A stretch of DNA of 64,000 nt, taken from assembly GCF_965641715.1 (NCBI RefSeq), contig NZ_OZ282453.1; one strand, given 5' to 3'. Under the pieces are notes generated by a model. It was not told the origin of the DNA. It saw nothing but the letters and a program-made list of their open reading frames with translations, and made no database searches. How positions within the stretch are numbered: the first letter of the stretch is position 1; the number at the start of each line of letters is the position of its first letter. Shown here piece after piece: positions 31,456 to 43,107 of the stretch. Made by a program: the position numbers and the translations under genes. This stretch comes from Escherichia coli. GTDB lineage: Bacteria > Pseudomonadota > Gammaproteobacteria > Enterobacterales > Enterobacteriaceae.

Positions 31456-32862
31456 ATGAATAGCAGTAAATTATCAGTAAGAGAAAAGATCGGCTACGGG
31501 ATGGGCGACGCAGGATGCAACATCATCTTTGGCGCTATCATGCTGTTTGTTAACTATTTTTATACGGATATTTTTGGTCTGACCCCGGCTCTCGTTGGCG
31601 TATTACTGCTCTCTGTACGGGTTATCGATGCCGTCACTGACCCGATTATGGGGGCCATTGCCGACCGCACCCAAAGCAAATATGGTCGTTTTCGCCCCTG
31701 GCTATTGTGGATTGCCTTCCCCTACGCGCTATTCAGCATCCTGATGTTTACCACGCCAGAATGGAGCTATAGCAGCAAGGTTATCTATGCCTTTGTTACC
31801 TATTTCCTGCTCTCCCTGACCTATACCGCCATTAACATTCCTTACTGCTCGTTAGGTGGCGTGATTACTAATGACCCACAAGAGCGCGTGGCCTGCCAGT
31901 CGTACCGTTTTGTGATGGTGGGCATCGCTACCCTTCTGCTCTCGCTGACGCTATTGCCGATGGTGGATCTATTTGGCGGCGGCGACAAAGCGAAAGGGTA
32001 TCAGCTGGCTATGACCGTGCTGGCAATCATCGGTATGTGTATGTTTTTGTTCTGTTTCGCCACGGTTCGTGAGCGCATTCGCCCGGCGGTACAAACCCAT
32101 GACGACATGAAGAACGATTTTAAAGATGTCTGGAAAAACGATCAGTGGGTGCGCATTCTGCTGCTCACCTTGTGCAACGTCTGCCCTGGATTTATCCGCA
32201 TGGCGGCAACCATGTACTATGTCACCTGGGTAATGGGTGAGAGTACTCAGTTTGCAACCCTCTTTATTAGCCTCGGCGTTGTCGGAATGATGATCGGCAG
32301 TATGTTGGCGAAAGTGTTAACCGACCGCTGGTGCAAACTGAAAGTCTTTTTCTGGACCAACATCGCGCTGGCAATTTTCTCCTGCGCCTTTTATTTCTTT
32401 AATCCGCACGCCACGGTGATGATTGTGGTGCTCTACTTCCTGCTCAACATTCTGCACCAGATCCCCTCCCCGCTGCACTGGTCGCTGATGGCAGACGTCG
32501 ACGACTACGGCGAATGGAAAACCGGTAAACGCATCACCGGCATCAGCTTCTCCGGTAACCTTTTCTTCCTCAAACTGGGCCTGGCCATTGCCGGGGCGAT
32601 GGTGGGCTTTCTGCTCTCATGGTACGGCTACGATGCCGGTGCGAAAGCCCAAAGCGCCACGGCGATTAACGGTATTGTACTGCTCTTTACCGTCATTCCT
32701 GGGGTGGGCTATCTGATTACCGCAGGCGTCGTCCGCCTACTGAAAGTAGACCGCGAACTGATGAAACGCATCCAGACCGATCTGGAAAAACGTCGCACCA
32801 ATTACCGCGAACTGAATGACTATCAGGAAATAAACGCTGTAGAAACAGTAAGGAAAGCCTAA
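31456..32862 (+). CDS. GPH-family (glycoside-pentoside-hexuronide):cation symporter, MelB/YicJ/YagG-like
   Basis: 468 aa, about 12 predicted transmembrane helices; N-terminal GYGMGD motif typical of the GPH/MFS_2 family. Confidence 0.8.
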   Translation: MNSSKLSVREKIGYGMGDAGCNIIFGAIMLFVNYFYTDIFGLTPALVGVLLLSVRVIDAVTDPIMGAIADRTQSKYGRFRPWLLWIAFPYALFSILMFTTPEWSYSSKVIYAFVTYFLLSLTYTAINIPYCSLGGVITNDPQERVACQSYRFVMVGIATLLLSLTLLPMVDLFGGGDKAKGYQLAMTVLAIIGMCMFLFCFATVRERIRPAVQTHDDMKNDFKDVWKNDQWVRILLLTLCNVCPGFIRMAATMYYVTWVMGESTQFATLFISLGVVGMMIGSMLAKVLTDRWCKLKVFFWTNIALAIFSCAFYFFNPHATVMIVVLYFLLNILHQIPSPLHWSLMADVDDYGEWKTGKRITGISFSGNLFFLKLGLAIAGAMVGFLLSWYGYDAGAKAQSATAINGIVLLFTVIPGVGYLITAGVVRLLKVDRELMKRIQTDLEKRRTNYRELNDYQEINAVETVRKA

Positions 32863-33812
32863 TGCAAGACTGGCCGAATCCATTTATCGAGCAACGCGCC
32901 GATCCCTTTATACTGCGCGATGGCAACCACTATTATTTTATCGCCTCGGTGCCGGAGTACGACCGGCTGGAAATTCGCCGGGCAGACTCGCTCGTCGGGC
33001 TGCGCAGCGCCACGCCTGTCGTGGTGTGGCGTAAACCGCAAAGCGGCCCCATGAGCGAACTTATCTGGGCGCCGGAGCTGCATCATATTGCAGGTCGGTG
33101 GTATATCTATTTTGCCGCCACCCATACTCAGGCGCTCGACAAACTGGGGATGTTTCAGCACCGGATGTTTGCCCTTGAATGTTGTGATGCCGATCCGCTC
33201 AGCGGAACGTGGATTGAAAAAGGACAAGTTAAAACACCATTTGATACTTTTGCCCTGGATGCCACCACTTTTCACCATCAGGGTAAACAGTGGTATTTGT
33301 GGGCGCAAAAAGCACCGGATATCGCCGGGAACTCCAATATTTACCTGGCCGAAATGGAAAATCCGTGGACGATCAAAGGCGAGCCGGTGATGTTGAGCAA
33401 ACCGGAGTATGACTGGGAATGTCGCGGATTCTGGGTCAATGAAGGTCCGGCTGTCGTGATGCATGGCGAGCGGTTATTCATCAGCTACTCAGCCAGCGCT
33501 ACCGACGAGAACTACTGCATGGGGTTATTGTGGATAGACATCGACGCTGACCCGAGAGTGCCTGAGAACTGGCATAAATCGCCGCGTCCGGTCTTTTCGA
33601 CCAGCTATGAAAATCGCCAGTATGGCCCCGGACATAACAGTTTTACCCAAACGCCCGAGGGTGAGGATGTGCTGGTCTACCACGCACGTAATTACACCGA
33701 AATAGAAGGCGATCCACTGTACGATCCTAATCGCCATACGCGCTTAAAATTGATTCGCTGGGATGAAAGTGGGATGCCTGACTTTGGCATCCCTCCTGCG
33801 GAGACTTACTGA
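32862..33812 (+). CDS. Glycoside hydrolase family 43-like protein (beta-xylosidase / alpha-L-arabinofuranosidase type)
   Basis: 316 aa; N-terminal ADPFILRDGNHYYF (catalytic Asp region) and WVNEGPAV (catalytic Glu region) typical of GH43; start overlaps the transporter stop (TAATG). Confidence 0.75.
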   Translation: MQDWPNPFIEQRADPFILRDGNHYYFIASVPEYDRLEIRRADSLVGLRSATPVVVWRKPQSGPMSELIWAPELHHIAGRWYIYFAATHTQALDKLGMFQHRMFALECCDADPLSGTWIEKGQVKTPFDTFALDATTFHHQGKQWYLWAQKAPDIAGNSNIYLAEMENPWTIKGEPVMLSKPEYDWECRGFWVNEGPAVVMHGERLFISYSASATDENYCMGLLWIDIDADPRVPENWHKSPRPVFSTSYENRQYGPGHNSFTQTPEGEDVLVYHARNYTEIEGDPLYDPNRHTRLKLIRWDESGMPDFGIPPAETY

Positions 33813-33819
33813 TTACAAT

Positions 33820-33840
33820 GCCCGGTGTATATCGCCGGGC
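33820..33840. other. Hairpin gcccgg-tgtatatcg-ccgggc between the convergent GH43 and ampE genes
   Basis: 6-bp GC stem seen in sequence; no clear U-tract, so terminator function is uncertain. Confidence 0.3.
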
Positions 33841-33841
33841 A

Positions 33842-34696
33842 CTACACCAACGCCCCGTAAACCGTCAGTAGCGCAATTACCACCACGACCACGAACGAGG
33901 TTTTCTTCGCCATTGAAACTGCTGCTTTCGGCGTCTCAACCTTATCGACATGCGGTTCACGCGCCAGTGAGAACTGTGCCAGACGCGTTAATACCTGGTA
34001 TTGCGATGTATGGAAATCGGTCAGTGAAGCAAACCAGGCTGGTAACGCTTTCTCACCGTGACCGATCAAGGCATATACCACTCCCGCAAGACGAACCGGC
34101 ACCCAATCCAGTACATGAAGCACTGCATCAATGCCGGACTGTAAACGATGATGCGGCGTCTGGTATCGCGCCAGCCAGTATTGCCATGCACGCAAGAACG
34201 CATACCCCATCAGCGTAACGGGTCCCCAGGTTCCCCCCACAATCAGCCAGAACAGCGGTGCAAGATAAAAACGAAAGTTAATCCACAGCAATGCATTTTG
34301 CAGCTCACGCAAATACTCACGTTCGTCGCAGCCTGCCGGGACGCCGTGAATCATGGTGAGTTCGCCAGCCATCGTGGCACGGGCATGGCTATCATTACGT
34401 GAAGCAGCTGTCAGATAAGCATGATAATGAAGACGAACTTTACCTGCGCCAATACACAGCAAACCAATCAGCAGCCACACCAGCAGCGTGGGAACGTTGA
34501 ACAATACTCCCTGCAATGCGCGTAACAGTAAAAAAGTCACGCCCATCGCAATAATGGTCATGCCTAACGTGCGCCCGAGAGAAAAATGTTTCACCCGCCG
34601 AAAGAACGCTTCAAGACGATGAGCAAGCTGCCAGTGCTCGCCCAACTTAAACAGGCGCTCGAAAATTAACACCAGTAAGGTTGTAAATAGCGTCAT
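33842..34696 (-). CDS. ampE: Inner-membrane protein AmpE
   Basis: 284 aa from [15 protein letters not shown]...; overlaps the ampD stop. Confidence 0.93.
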   Translation of the reverse strand: MTLFTTLLVLIFERLFKLGEHWQLAHRLEAFFRRVKHFSLGRTLGMTIIAMGVTFLLLRALQGVLFNVPTLLVWLLIGLLCIGAGKVRLHYHAYLTAASRNDSHARATMAGELTMIHGVPAGCDEREYLRELQNALLWINFRFYLAPLFWLIVGGTWGPVTLMGYAFLRAWQYWLARYQTPHHRLQSGIDAVLHVLDWVPVRLAGVVYALIGHGEKALPAWFASLTDFHTSQYQVLTRLAQFSLAREPHVDKVETPKAAVSMAKKTSFVVVVVIALLTVYGALV

Positions 34697-35244
34697 GTTG
34701 TCTCCTTGCTGACCAGCGCACGAAACCGTGCCCAATCAAATGCAGGACCGGGATCGGTTTTCCGATCCGGCGCAATATCACAATGGCCCGTCATGTTATT
34801 AGCGATATCCGGATAGCAATCAATCAGTGCCCGCGTAACCGCCGCAAGCTGTTGATACTGCGCATCGGTATACGCCAGCGTATCGGTGCCTTCAAGCTCA
34901 ATCCCAATAGAAAAATCATTGCAGCGTTCGCGCCCCTGATACTGAGAGACTCCCGCATGCCATGCACGTTTATCGAAAGGAACATACTGGACTATTTCAC
35001 CATCACGGCGAATCAAACAGTGAGCGGAGACGCGCAAATGGGCGATCTCAGCAAAGAAAGGATGTGCCTGCGGATCAATAGTTCCAGTGAATAATGCGTC
35101 GATCCACGGACCGCCAAACTCGCCTGGCGGCAGGCTAATATTGTGCACCACCAGCAGGGTGGGTGTTTCGTCATCCGGGCGGCAATCGTAATGTGGTGAG
35201 GGAACGCGGCGCGCGCCAACCAGCCACCCCTGTTCTAACAACAT
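34693..35244 (-). CDS. ampD: 1,6-anhydro-N-acetylmuramyl-L-alanine amidase AmpD
   Basis: 183 aa; amidase_2 domain; ampDE operon arrangement. Confidence 0.95.
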   Translation of the reverse strand: MLLEQGWLVGARRVPSPHYDCRPDDETPTLLVVHNISLPPGEFGGPWIDALFTGTIDPQAHPFFAEIAHLRVSAHCLIRRDGEIVQYVPFDKRAWHAGVSQYQGRERCNDFSIGIELEGTDTLAYTDAQYQQLAAVTRALIDCYPDIANNMTGHCDIAPDRKTDPGPAFDWARFRALVSKETT

Positions 35245-35271
35245 GCAGGATCTCCTTATATGTGGTGCTAA

Positions 35272-36225
<954 letters not shown>

Positions 36226-36427
36226 TAGCTGACAGATTTATCCGCTCCATACTGGGCGGATAATCTCCCCTTCCCCAACCTTCTTCGTAACGCCTCGCAA
36301 ATTTCTTGTCTTTCGCTGCAACGAAATAAAAAACCTCGGAAGCAGCTTTCCCGTTTCGTTTTTTGCCCCTCGCCTGTGCTGATGGCGTTTGCCAAAGTAG
36401 CACCAACCAAATCAAGGAGCGAAACAG

Positions 36428-36868
36428 ATGGACAAGCAACGCGGTTTTACACTTATCGAACTGATGGTGGTTATTGGCATCATTGCCATTTTAAGCGCCA
36501 TTGGTATTCCCGCTTATCAAAACTACCTGTGCAAAGCCGCACTCACCGACATGCTACAAACCTTTGTGCCTTACCGTACCGCCGTAGAGTTGTGCGCGCT
36601 GGAACATGGTGGATTAGATACCTGCGACGGTGGCAGCAATGGCATTCCCTCGCCTACCACCACCCGCTATGTTTCAGCCATGAGTGTGGCAAAGGGCGTG
36701 GTGTCGCTGACCGGGCAAGAAAGTCTCAATGGGCTAAGCGTCGTCATGACGCCAGGTTGGGATAACGCAAACGGCGTCACCGGCTGGGCGCGCAACTGCA
36801 ATATTCAAAGTGACAGCGCATTGCAGCAAGCCTGCGAAGATGTCTTCCGTTTTGATGACGCCAACTAA
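36428..36868 (+). CDS. ppdD: Prepilin peptidase-dependent type IV major pilin
   Basis: 146 aa; type IV pilin N-terminus GFTLIELMVVIGIIAILSAIGIP. Confidence 0.93.
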   Translation: MDKQRGFTLIELMVVIGIIAILSAIGIPAYQNYLCKAALTDMLQTFVPYRTAVELCALEHGGLDTCDGGSNGIPSPTTTRYVSAMSVAKGVVSLTGQESLNGLSVVMTPGWDNANGVTGWARNCNIQSDSALQQACEDVFRFDDAN

Positions 36869-36877
36869 GGAGCGGCA

Positions 36878-38263
36878 ATGAATATTCCACAGCTCACGGC
36901 CCTGTGTCTGCGTTATCAGGGAGTCTTGCTGGATGCCAGCGAAGAAGTGGTTCATGTTGCGGTGGTCGATGCCCCCTCACATGAGTTGCTGGACGCATTG
37001 CATTTCGCTACCACCAAACGTATTGAGATCACCTGCTGGACGCGCCAACAAATGGAAGGTCACGCCAGTCGCACACAACAGACATTGCCCGTAGCTGTTC
37101 AGGAGAAGCATCAGCCCAAAGCAGAGTTGCTGACTCGAACGTTACAATCTGCGCTGGAACAACGCGCGTCTGATATTCATATCGAACCAGCGGACAATGC
37201 CTACCGCATCCGCTTGCGTATCGACGGCGTATTGCATCCTTTACCGGATGTTTCACCGGATGCCGGAGTCGCATTAACCGCCAGATTAAAAGTGCTGGGA
37301 AACCTGGATATTGCGGAACATCGCCTGCCGCAGGACGGGCAATTCACTGTCGAACTGGCAGGAAACGCCGTCTCATTTCGTATTGCGACCTTACCATGTC
37401 GGGGTGGTGAAAAGGTGGTATTAAGGTTGTTACAGCAGGTGAGCCAGGCACTGGATGTTAACACGCTGGGAATGCAGCCGTTACAACTGGCGGACTTTGC
37501 TCATGCCTTGCAACAACCACAGGGACTGGTGCTGGTAACTGGCCCTACCGGCAGCGGCAAAACGGTCACGCTTTATAGTGCCCTGCAAACGCTGAATACC
37601 GCTGACATTAATATTTGTAGCGTCGAAGATCCGGTTGAGATCCCCATAGCCGGACTAAACCAGACGCAAATCCATCCGCGTGCAGGACTCACCTTTCAGG
37701 GCGTTTTGCGTGCGTTATTGCGCCAGGATCCTGACGTCATCATGATCGGAGAGATCCGCGATGGCGAAACAGCAGAAATTGCCATTAAAGCCGCGCAAAC
37801 CGGTCACCTGGTGTTGTCTACCCTACACACCAATTCCACCACTGAAACGCTGGTACGTTTACAGCAAATGGGAGTCGCCCGCTGGATGCTCTCATCAGCG
37901 CTTACGCTGGTAATAGCCCAGCGTCTGGTACGTAAACTTTGCCCACATTGTCGCCGCCAGCAAGGGGAGCCCATCCATATTCCAGACAATGTATGGCCGT
38001 CGCCGCTGCCCCATTGGCAGGCACCCGGTTGTGTACATTGCTACCACGGTTTTTATGGTCGCACTGCCTTATTTGAAGTTCTGCCCATAACACCGGTCAT
38101 ACGTCAGCTTATTTCCGCTAATACCGACGTTGAATCGCTGGAAACGCACGCCCGACAGGCGGGTATGCGAACGCTTTTTGAAAACGGCTGCCTGGCCGTG
38201 GAGCAAGGCTTAACCACCTTTGAAGAGTTAATCCGCGTACTGGGGATGCCGCATGGCGAGTAA
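36878..38263 (+). CDS. hofB: Type IV pilus assembly ATPase (PilB/GspE family)
   Basis: 461 aa; Walker A GPTGSGKT; C-terminal Cys motifs CPHC...C..C. Confidence 0.93.
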   Translation: MNIPQLTALCLRYQGVLLDASEEVVHVAVVDAPSHELLDALHFATTKRIEITCWTRQQMEGHASRTQQTLPVAVQEKHQPKAELLTRTLQSALEQRASDIHIEPADNAYRIRLRIDGVLHPLPDVSPDAGVALTARLKVLGNLDIAEHRLPQDGQFTVELAGNAVSFRIATLPCRGGEKVVLRLLQQVSQALDVNTLGMQPLQLADFAHALQQPQGLVLVTGPTGSGKTVTLYSALQTLNTADINICSVEDPVEIPIAGLNQTQIHPRAGLTFQGVLRALLRQDPDVIMIGEIRDGETAEIAIKAAQTGHLVLSTLHTNSTTETLVRLQQMGVARWMLSSALTLVIAQRLVRKLCPHCRRQQGEPIHIPDNVWPSPLPHWQAPGCVHCYHGFYGRTALFEVLPITPVIRQLISANTDVESLETHARQAGMRTLFENGCLAVEQGLTTFEELIRVLGMPHGE

Positions 38264-39455
38264 GCAACTCTGGCGCTGGCATGGCATAACCGGCGACGGC
38301 AATGCGCAAGATGGGATGCTATGGGCAGAGAGCCGTACTTTACTGCTTATGGCACTACAGCAACAGATGGTTACCCCACTAAGCCTGAAGCGAATTGCTA
38401 TCAATTCTGCGCAGTGGCGAGGAGATAAAAGCGCGGAAGTCATTCATCAACTGGCGACGCTACTCAAAGCCGGGTTAACGCTTTCTGAAGGGCTGGCTCT
38501 GCTGGCGGAACAGCATCCCAGTAAGCAATGGCAAGCGTTGCTGCAATCGCTGGCGCACGATCTCGAACAGGGCATTGCTTTTTCCAATGCCTTATTACCC
38601 TGGTCAGAGGTATTTCCGCCGCTCTATCAGGCGATGATCCGCACGGGTGAACTGACCGGTAAGCTGGACGACTGCTGTTTTGAACTGTCGCGTCAGCAAA
38701 AAGCCCAGCGTCAGTTGACCGACAAAGTGAAATCAGCGTTGCGTTATCCCATCATCATTTTAGCGATGGCAATCATGGTGGTTGTGGCAATGCTGCATTT
38801 TGTTCTGCCGGAGTTTGCCGCTATCTATAAGACCTTCAACACCCCACTACCGGCACTAACGCAGGGGATCATGACGCTGGCAGACTTTAGTGGCGAATGG
38901 GGCTGGCTGCTGGTGTTGTTCGGCTTTCTGCTGGCGATAGCCAATAAGTTGCTGATGCGCCGACCGACCTGGCTTATCGCGCGGCAGAAATTGCTGTTAC
39001 ACATCCCGATTATGGGCTCACTGATGCGGGGACAAAAACTCACGCAGATCTTTACGATTCTGGCGCTGACACAAAGTGCAGGCATTACTTTTTTACAGGG
39101 CGTAGAGAGCGTCAGAGAAACAATGCGCTGCCCGTACTGGGTGCAACTTCTGACACAAATCCAGCACGATATCAGTAACGGTCATCCCGTCTGGCTGGCG
39201 CTAAAAAATACCGGTGAGTTTAGCCCGCTCTGTTTGCAATTAGTGAGAACGGGAGAGGCCTCCGGCTCGCTGGATCTCATGTTAGACAACCTCGCCCATC
39301 ATCATCGGGATAACACAATGGCGCTGGCGGATAACCTAGCAGCCTTACTGGAACCGGCGTTGCTGATCATAACGGGAGGAATTATCGGTACGCTGGTGGT
39401 GGCGATGTATCTGCCAATTTTCCATTTAGGCGATGCGATGAGTGGGATGGGATAA
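38253..39455 (+). CDS. hofC: Type IV pilus platform protein (PilC/GspF family)
   Basis: 400 aa, overlaps the hofB stop; GspF-type membrane domains. Confidence 0.93.
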   Translation: MASKQLWRWHGITGDGNAQDGMLWAESRTLLLMALQQQMVTPLSLKRIAINSAQWRGDKSAEVIHQLATLLKAGLTLSEGLALLAEQHPSKQWQALLQSLAHDLEQGIAFSNALLPWSEVFPPLYQAMIRTGELTGKLDDCCFELSRQQKAQRQLTDKVKSALRYPIIILAMAIMVVVAMLHFVLPEFAAIYKTFNTPLPALTQGIMTLADFSGEWGWLLVLFGFLLAIANKLLMRRPTWLIARQKLLLHIPIMGSLMRGQKLTQIFTILALTQSAGITFLQGVESVRETMRCPYWVQLLTQIQHDISNGHPVWLALKNTGEFSPLCLQLVRTGEASGSLDLMLDNLAHHHRDNTMALADNLAALLEPALLIITGGIIGTLVVAMYLPIFHLGDAMSGMG

Positions 39456-39483
39456 CGCTGGCGTGTTGCTCCACACCAGCGTT
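39454..39483. terminator. Hairpin aacgctgg-n14-ccagcgtt between the convergent hofC and guaC genes
   Basis: 8-bp inverted repeat between the two stop codons. Confidence 0.45.
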
Positions 39484-39489
39484 GGGAGA

Positions 39490-40533
39490 TTACAGGTTGT
39501 TGAAGATGCGGTTTTCTTGTTCCAGCACACGGATAAATGTGGTGCGCTTGGTCAGTTCTTTCAGGCGTGAAGCCCCAACGTATGTACAAGCTGAACGCAG
39601 GCCGCCCAAAATATCACGCGCGGTATTTTCAACCGGGCCTCGCAGCGGCAGCTTAACGGTTTTACCTTCTGCTGCGCGATATTCCGCAACGCCGCCAACG
39701 TGACGTTTCATCGCAGACTCGGAGCTCATGCCGTAGAACAGCATAAATTTCTCGCCGTTCTCCTCAACGATGCGACCGCCGCTCTCTTCGTGGCCCGCCA
39801 GCATGCCGCCAAGCATTACGAAATCGGCACCGCCGCCAAAGGCTTTCGCGACATCGCCCGGCGTGGTGCAGCCACCATCGCTGACGATCATTCCGCCCAG
39901 ACCGTGCGCAGCATCGGCACATTCGATTACCGCAGAAAGTTGCGGATAACCGACGCCTGTTTTGACACGAGTTGTACAAACAGAACCTGGGCCAATGCCA
40001 ACTTTAACGATATCGGCACCGGAGAGGATAAGCTCCTCACACATTTCACCAGTCACTACGTTGCCAGCACAAATGGTTTTGGTCGGCCACGCTTCACGCG
40101 CTTTCGCAACGAACTGCACGAAGTGTTCGGAATAACCATTCGCCACATCAATACAAACGAAGTTTAATGCCGGGTTCAGGTCGAGAATCTGTTTAGTTTT
40201 TTCGAAATCCGCATTTGACGTACCGGTAGAAACCATCACATGTTTCAGCACATCAGCGGAAGAATTGTTGATAAACGCTTGCCACTCTTCGACAGAATAG
40301 TGTTTATGCACAGCTGTCAAAATATCAAAAGAAGCCAGCGCAGAGGCCATAGAAAATGTGCCTACGGTGTCCATATTTGCGGCGATAATCGGCACGCCGG
40401 ACCAGCTCTGACCTGAATGTTTGAAGGTGAATTGACGTTCCAGTTCAACATCGGAACGGCTTTTAAGAGTGGAGCGTTTAGGGCGGATGAGAACGTCTTT
40501 AAAACCTAACTTCAGATCTTCTTCAATACGCAT
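39490..40533 (-). CDS. guaC: GMP reductase
   Basis: 347 aa, IMPDH/GMPR family TIM barrel, [21 protein letters not shown]... Confidence 0.95.
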   Translation of the reverse strand: MRIEEDLKLGFKDVLIRPKRSTLKSRSDVELERQFTFKHSGQSWSGVPIIAANMDTVGTFSMASALASFDILTAVHKHYSVEEWQAFINNSSADVLKHVMVSTGTSNADFEKTKQILDLNPALNFVCIDVANGYSEHFVQFVAKAREAWPTKTICAGNVVTGEMCEELILSGADIVKVGIGPGSVCTTRVKTGVGYPQLSAVIECADAAHGLGGMIVSDGGCTTPGDVAKAFGGGADFVMLGGMLAGHEESGGRIVEENGEKFMLFYGMSSESAMKRHVGGVAEYRAAEGKTVKLPLRGPVENTARDILGGLRSACTYVGASRLKELTKRTTFIRVLEQENRIFNNL

Positions 40534-40757
40534 GTGCGGATTCCTGGGGTTAATGGCTATAAGGGTAAGAGCGCAACTCCAGTGACGCTATCATACGCAC
40601 TAATCAATGCGGCGCAAGACTGCGAAATTGTCTTTTTTTACGCTACAATCCCATAAATTTACCTGGTAAATAGTGAGCGAACGTTTCATCAATTTCGCTT
40701 TCGTGCACTCATTTTTAACGTTTTGATAATCATGATGAATTCCCGGGAATATAAATT

Positions 40758-41378
40758 ATGAGGTATATAGTTGCCTTAACGGGAGGCATTGGCAGTGGCA
40801 AGAGTACCGTTGCCAATGCGTTTGCTGATCTCGGAATTAACGTCATTGATGCCGATATTATTGCGCGTCAGGTGGTTGAACCAGGTGCACCTGCGCTACA
40901 TGCCATTGCTGATCACTTTGGCGCTAACATGATTGCTGCTGATGGAACATTGCAGCGCCGGGCCTTGCGCGAGCGGATCTTCGCCAACCCGGAAGAGAAA
41001 AACTGGCTTAACGCCCTGCTGCATCCGCTGATTCAGCAAGAGACGCAACACCAGATCCAGCAAGCAACTTCCCCCTATGTACTGTGGGTTGTGCCATTGC
41101 TGGTAGAAAACTCACTGTATAAAAAAGCGAATCGAGTGCTGGTGGTGGATGTCAGCCCAGAAACGCAACTTAAGCGCACCATGCAGCGCGATGATGTAAC
41201 TCGCGAGCATGTCGAACAAATCCTTGCTGCTCAGGCAACGCGCGAAGCCCGCCTTGCCGTGGCAGATGACGTCATTGATAATAACGGCGCACCGGATGCT
41301 ATCGCATCGGATGTTGCTCGCCTGCACGCACACTATTTGCAGCTTGCGTCGCAGTTTGTCTCACAGGAAAAACCGTAA
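40758..41378 (+). CDS. coaE: Dephospho-CoA kinase
   Basis: 206 aa; P-loop GGIGSGKST. Confidence 0.95.
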   Translation: MRYIVALTGGIGSGKSTVANAFADLGINVIDADIIARQVVEPGAPALHAIADHFGANMIAADGTLQRRALRERIFANPEEKNWLNALLHPLIQQETQHQIQQATSPYVLWVVPLLVENSLYKKANRVLVVDVSPETQLKRTMQRDDVTREHVEQILAAQATREARLAVADDVIDNNGAPDAIASDVARLHAHYLQLASQFVSQEKP

Positions 41379-42121
41379 TGCAGACCCAGGTCCTTTTTGA
41401 ACATCCACTAAACGAAAAAATGCGTACATGGCTGCGCATTGAGTTTTTGATTCAGCAACTCACCGTTAATTTACCCATCGCTGACCACGCTGGCGCGCTG
41501 CATTTCTTCCGTAATGTCAGTGAATTACTGGATGTTTTCGAGCGCGGCGAAGTCCGCACTGAGCTGTTGAAAGAACTTGACCGGCAGCAACGTAAACTCC
41601 AGACCTGGATTGGCGTGCCTGGCGTGGACCAGAGCCGTATTGAAGCATTAATTCAGCAGTTAAAAGCGGCGGGGAGCGTATTAATCTCCGCGCCGCGTAT
41701 CGGGCAATTTCTGCGTGAAGATCGTTTGATTGCTCTGGTGCGTCAGCGACTGAGCATCCCAGGCGGCTGTTGCAGCTTTGATTTACCAACATTGCACATT
41801 TGGCTGCATCTACCCCAGGCGCAGCGCGACAGCCAGGTAGAAACCTGGATTGCCAGCCTGAACCCGCTCACCCAGGCACTTACCATGGTGCTGGATTTAA
41901 TTCGCCAGTCGGCCCCCTTCCGTAAACAAACCAGCCTGAATGGTTTTTATCAGGATAACGGTGGCGATGCCGACTTGCTGCGCCTGAATCTGTCGCTCGA
42001 TTCACAGCTTTATCCGCAAATTTCCGGACATAAGAGCCGTTTTGCCATTCGTTTTATGCCGCTGGACACTGAAAACGGACAGGTACCGGAACGTCTGGAT
42101 TTCGAACTGGCCTGTTGCTAA
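41378..42121 (+). CDS. zapD: Cell division protein ZapD
   Basis: 247 aa, start overlaps the coaE stop; synteny coaE-zapD-yacG. Confidence 0.92.
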   Translation: MQTQVLFEHPLNEKMRTWLRIEFLIQQLTVNLPIADHAGALHFFRNVSELLDVFERGEVRTELLKELDRQQRKLQTWIGVPGVDQSRIEALIQQLKAAGSVLISAPRIGQFLREDRLIALVRQRLSIPGGCCSFDLPTLHIWLHLPQAQRDSQVETWIASLNPLTQALTMVLDLIRQSAPFRKQTSLNGFYQDNGGDADLLRLNLSLDSQLYPQISGHKSRFAIRFMPLDTENGQVPERLDFELACC

Positions 42122-42130
42122 GGAGTAAAA

Positions 42131-42328
42131 ATGTCAGAAACTATTACGGTGAATTGCCCAACCTGCGGGAAAACGGTGGTGTGGGGTGAAATCAGCCCGT
42201 TTCGGCCATTTTGCTCCAAACGTTGTCAGCTGATCGACCTCGGAGAATGGGCTGCTGAAGAAAAACGAATCCCCAGCAGTGGCGATCTTTCCGAAAGCGA
42301 TGACTGGAGCGAAGAACCAAAGCAGTGA
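42131..42328 (+). CDS. yacG: DNA gyrase inhibitor YacG (zinc ribbon)
   Basis: 65 aa; CPTCGK...CSKRC zinc-binding motif. Confidence 0.92.
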
Positions 42329-42347
42329 CATTTGTCTGATGCCGCAC

Positions 42348-42658
<311 letters not shown>

Positions 42659-42663
<5 letters not shown>

Positions 42664-43048
42664 GACGTTTAAGCTTCGCAATTACCGGTTCATTGGCTGG
42701 CGGAAAATCATCGGCATTAAGACCGACCAGCGACATCCACTTACCGGGTTGCCCTTCTTTACCCCACGGCTCCCCTTCCCAGCTTTCGACCAGCCAGAAC
42801 CACAGAGTTATATGCCTGTCCGGGAATTCATATTCCAGTTTTTCAAATAGCGAAAAATGTTGTGGGGTAATCCCGACTTCTTCCTGAAGTTCACGCACCA
42901 CCGCCTGTTCCGGCGTTTCGCCCATTTCAATTTTACCGCCGGGAAACTCCAGTTTATTCGCCATGTGCGCATCTGCTGCGCGACGCGTTATAAAGATTTC
43001 ATTGTTCTCGTTGCGAATAATACCTACCGCAATTTGCAGCTTTTTCAT
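42659..43048 (-). CDS. mutT: 8-oxo-dGTP diphosphatase (Nudix hydrolase)
   Basis: 129 aa; Nudix box GGKIEMGETPEQAVVRELQEEVGI. Confidence 0.95.
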
Positions 43049-43067
43049 TGTCTTAAACCTATAAAAA

Positions 43068-43087
43068 AGGCGCAGAATCCTGCGCCT
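43068..43087 (-). terminator. Intrinsic terminator after secA (stem aggcgcag / ctgcgcct with TTTTTT on the minus strand)
   Basis: Hairpin plus U-tract 20 nt after the secA stop. Confidence 0.6.
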
Positions 43088-43107
43088 TTTACTTCAACAG
43101 TTAGCTT

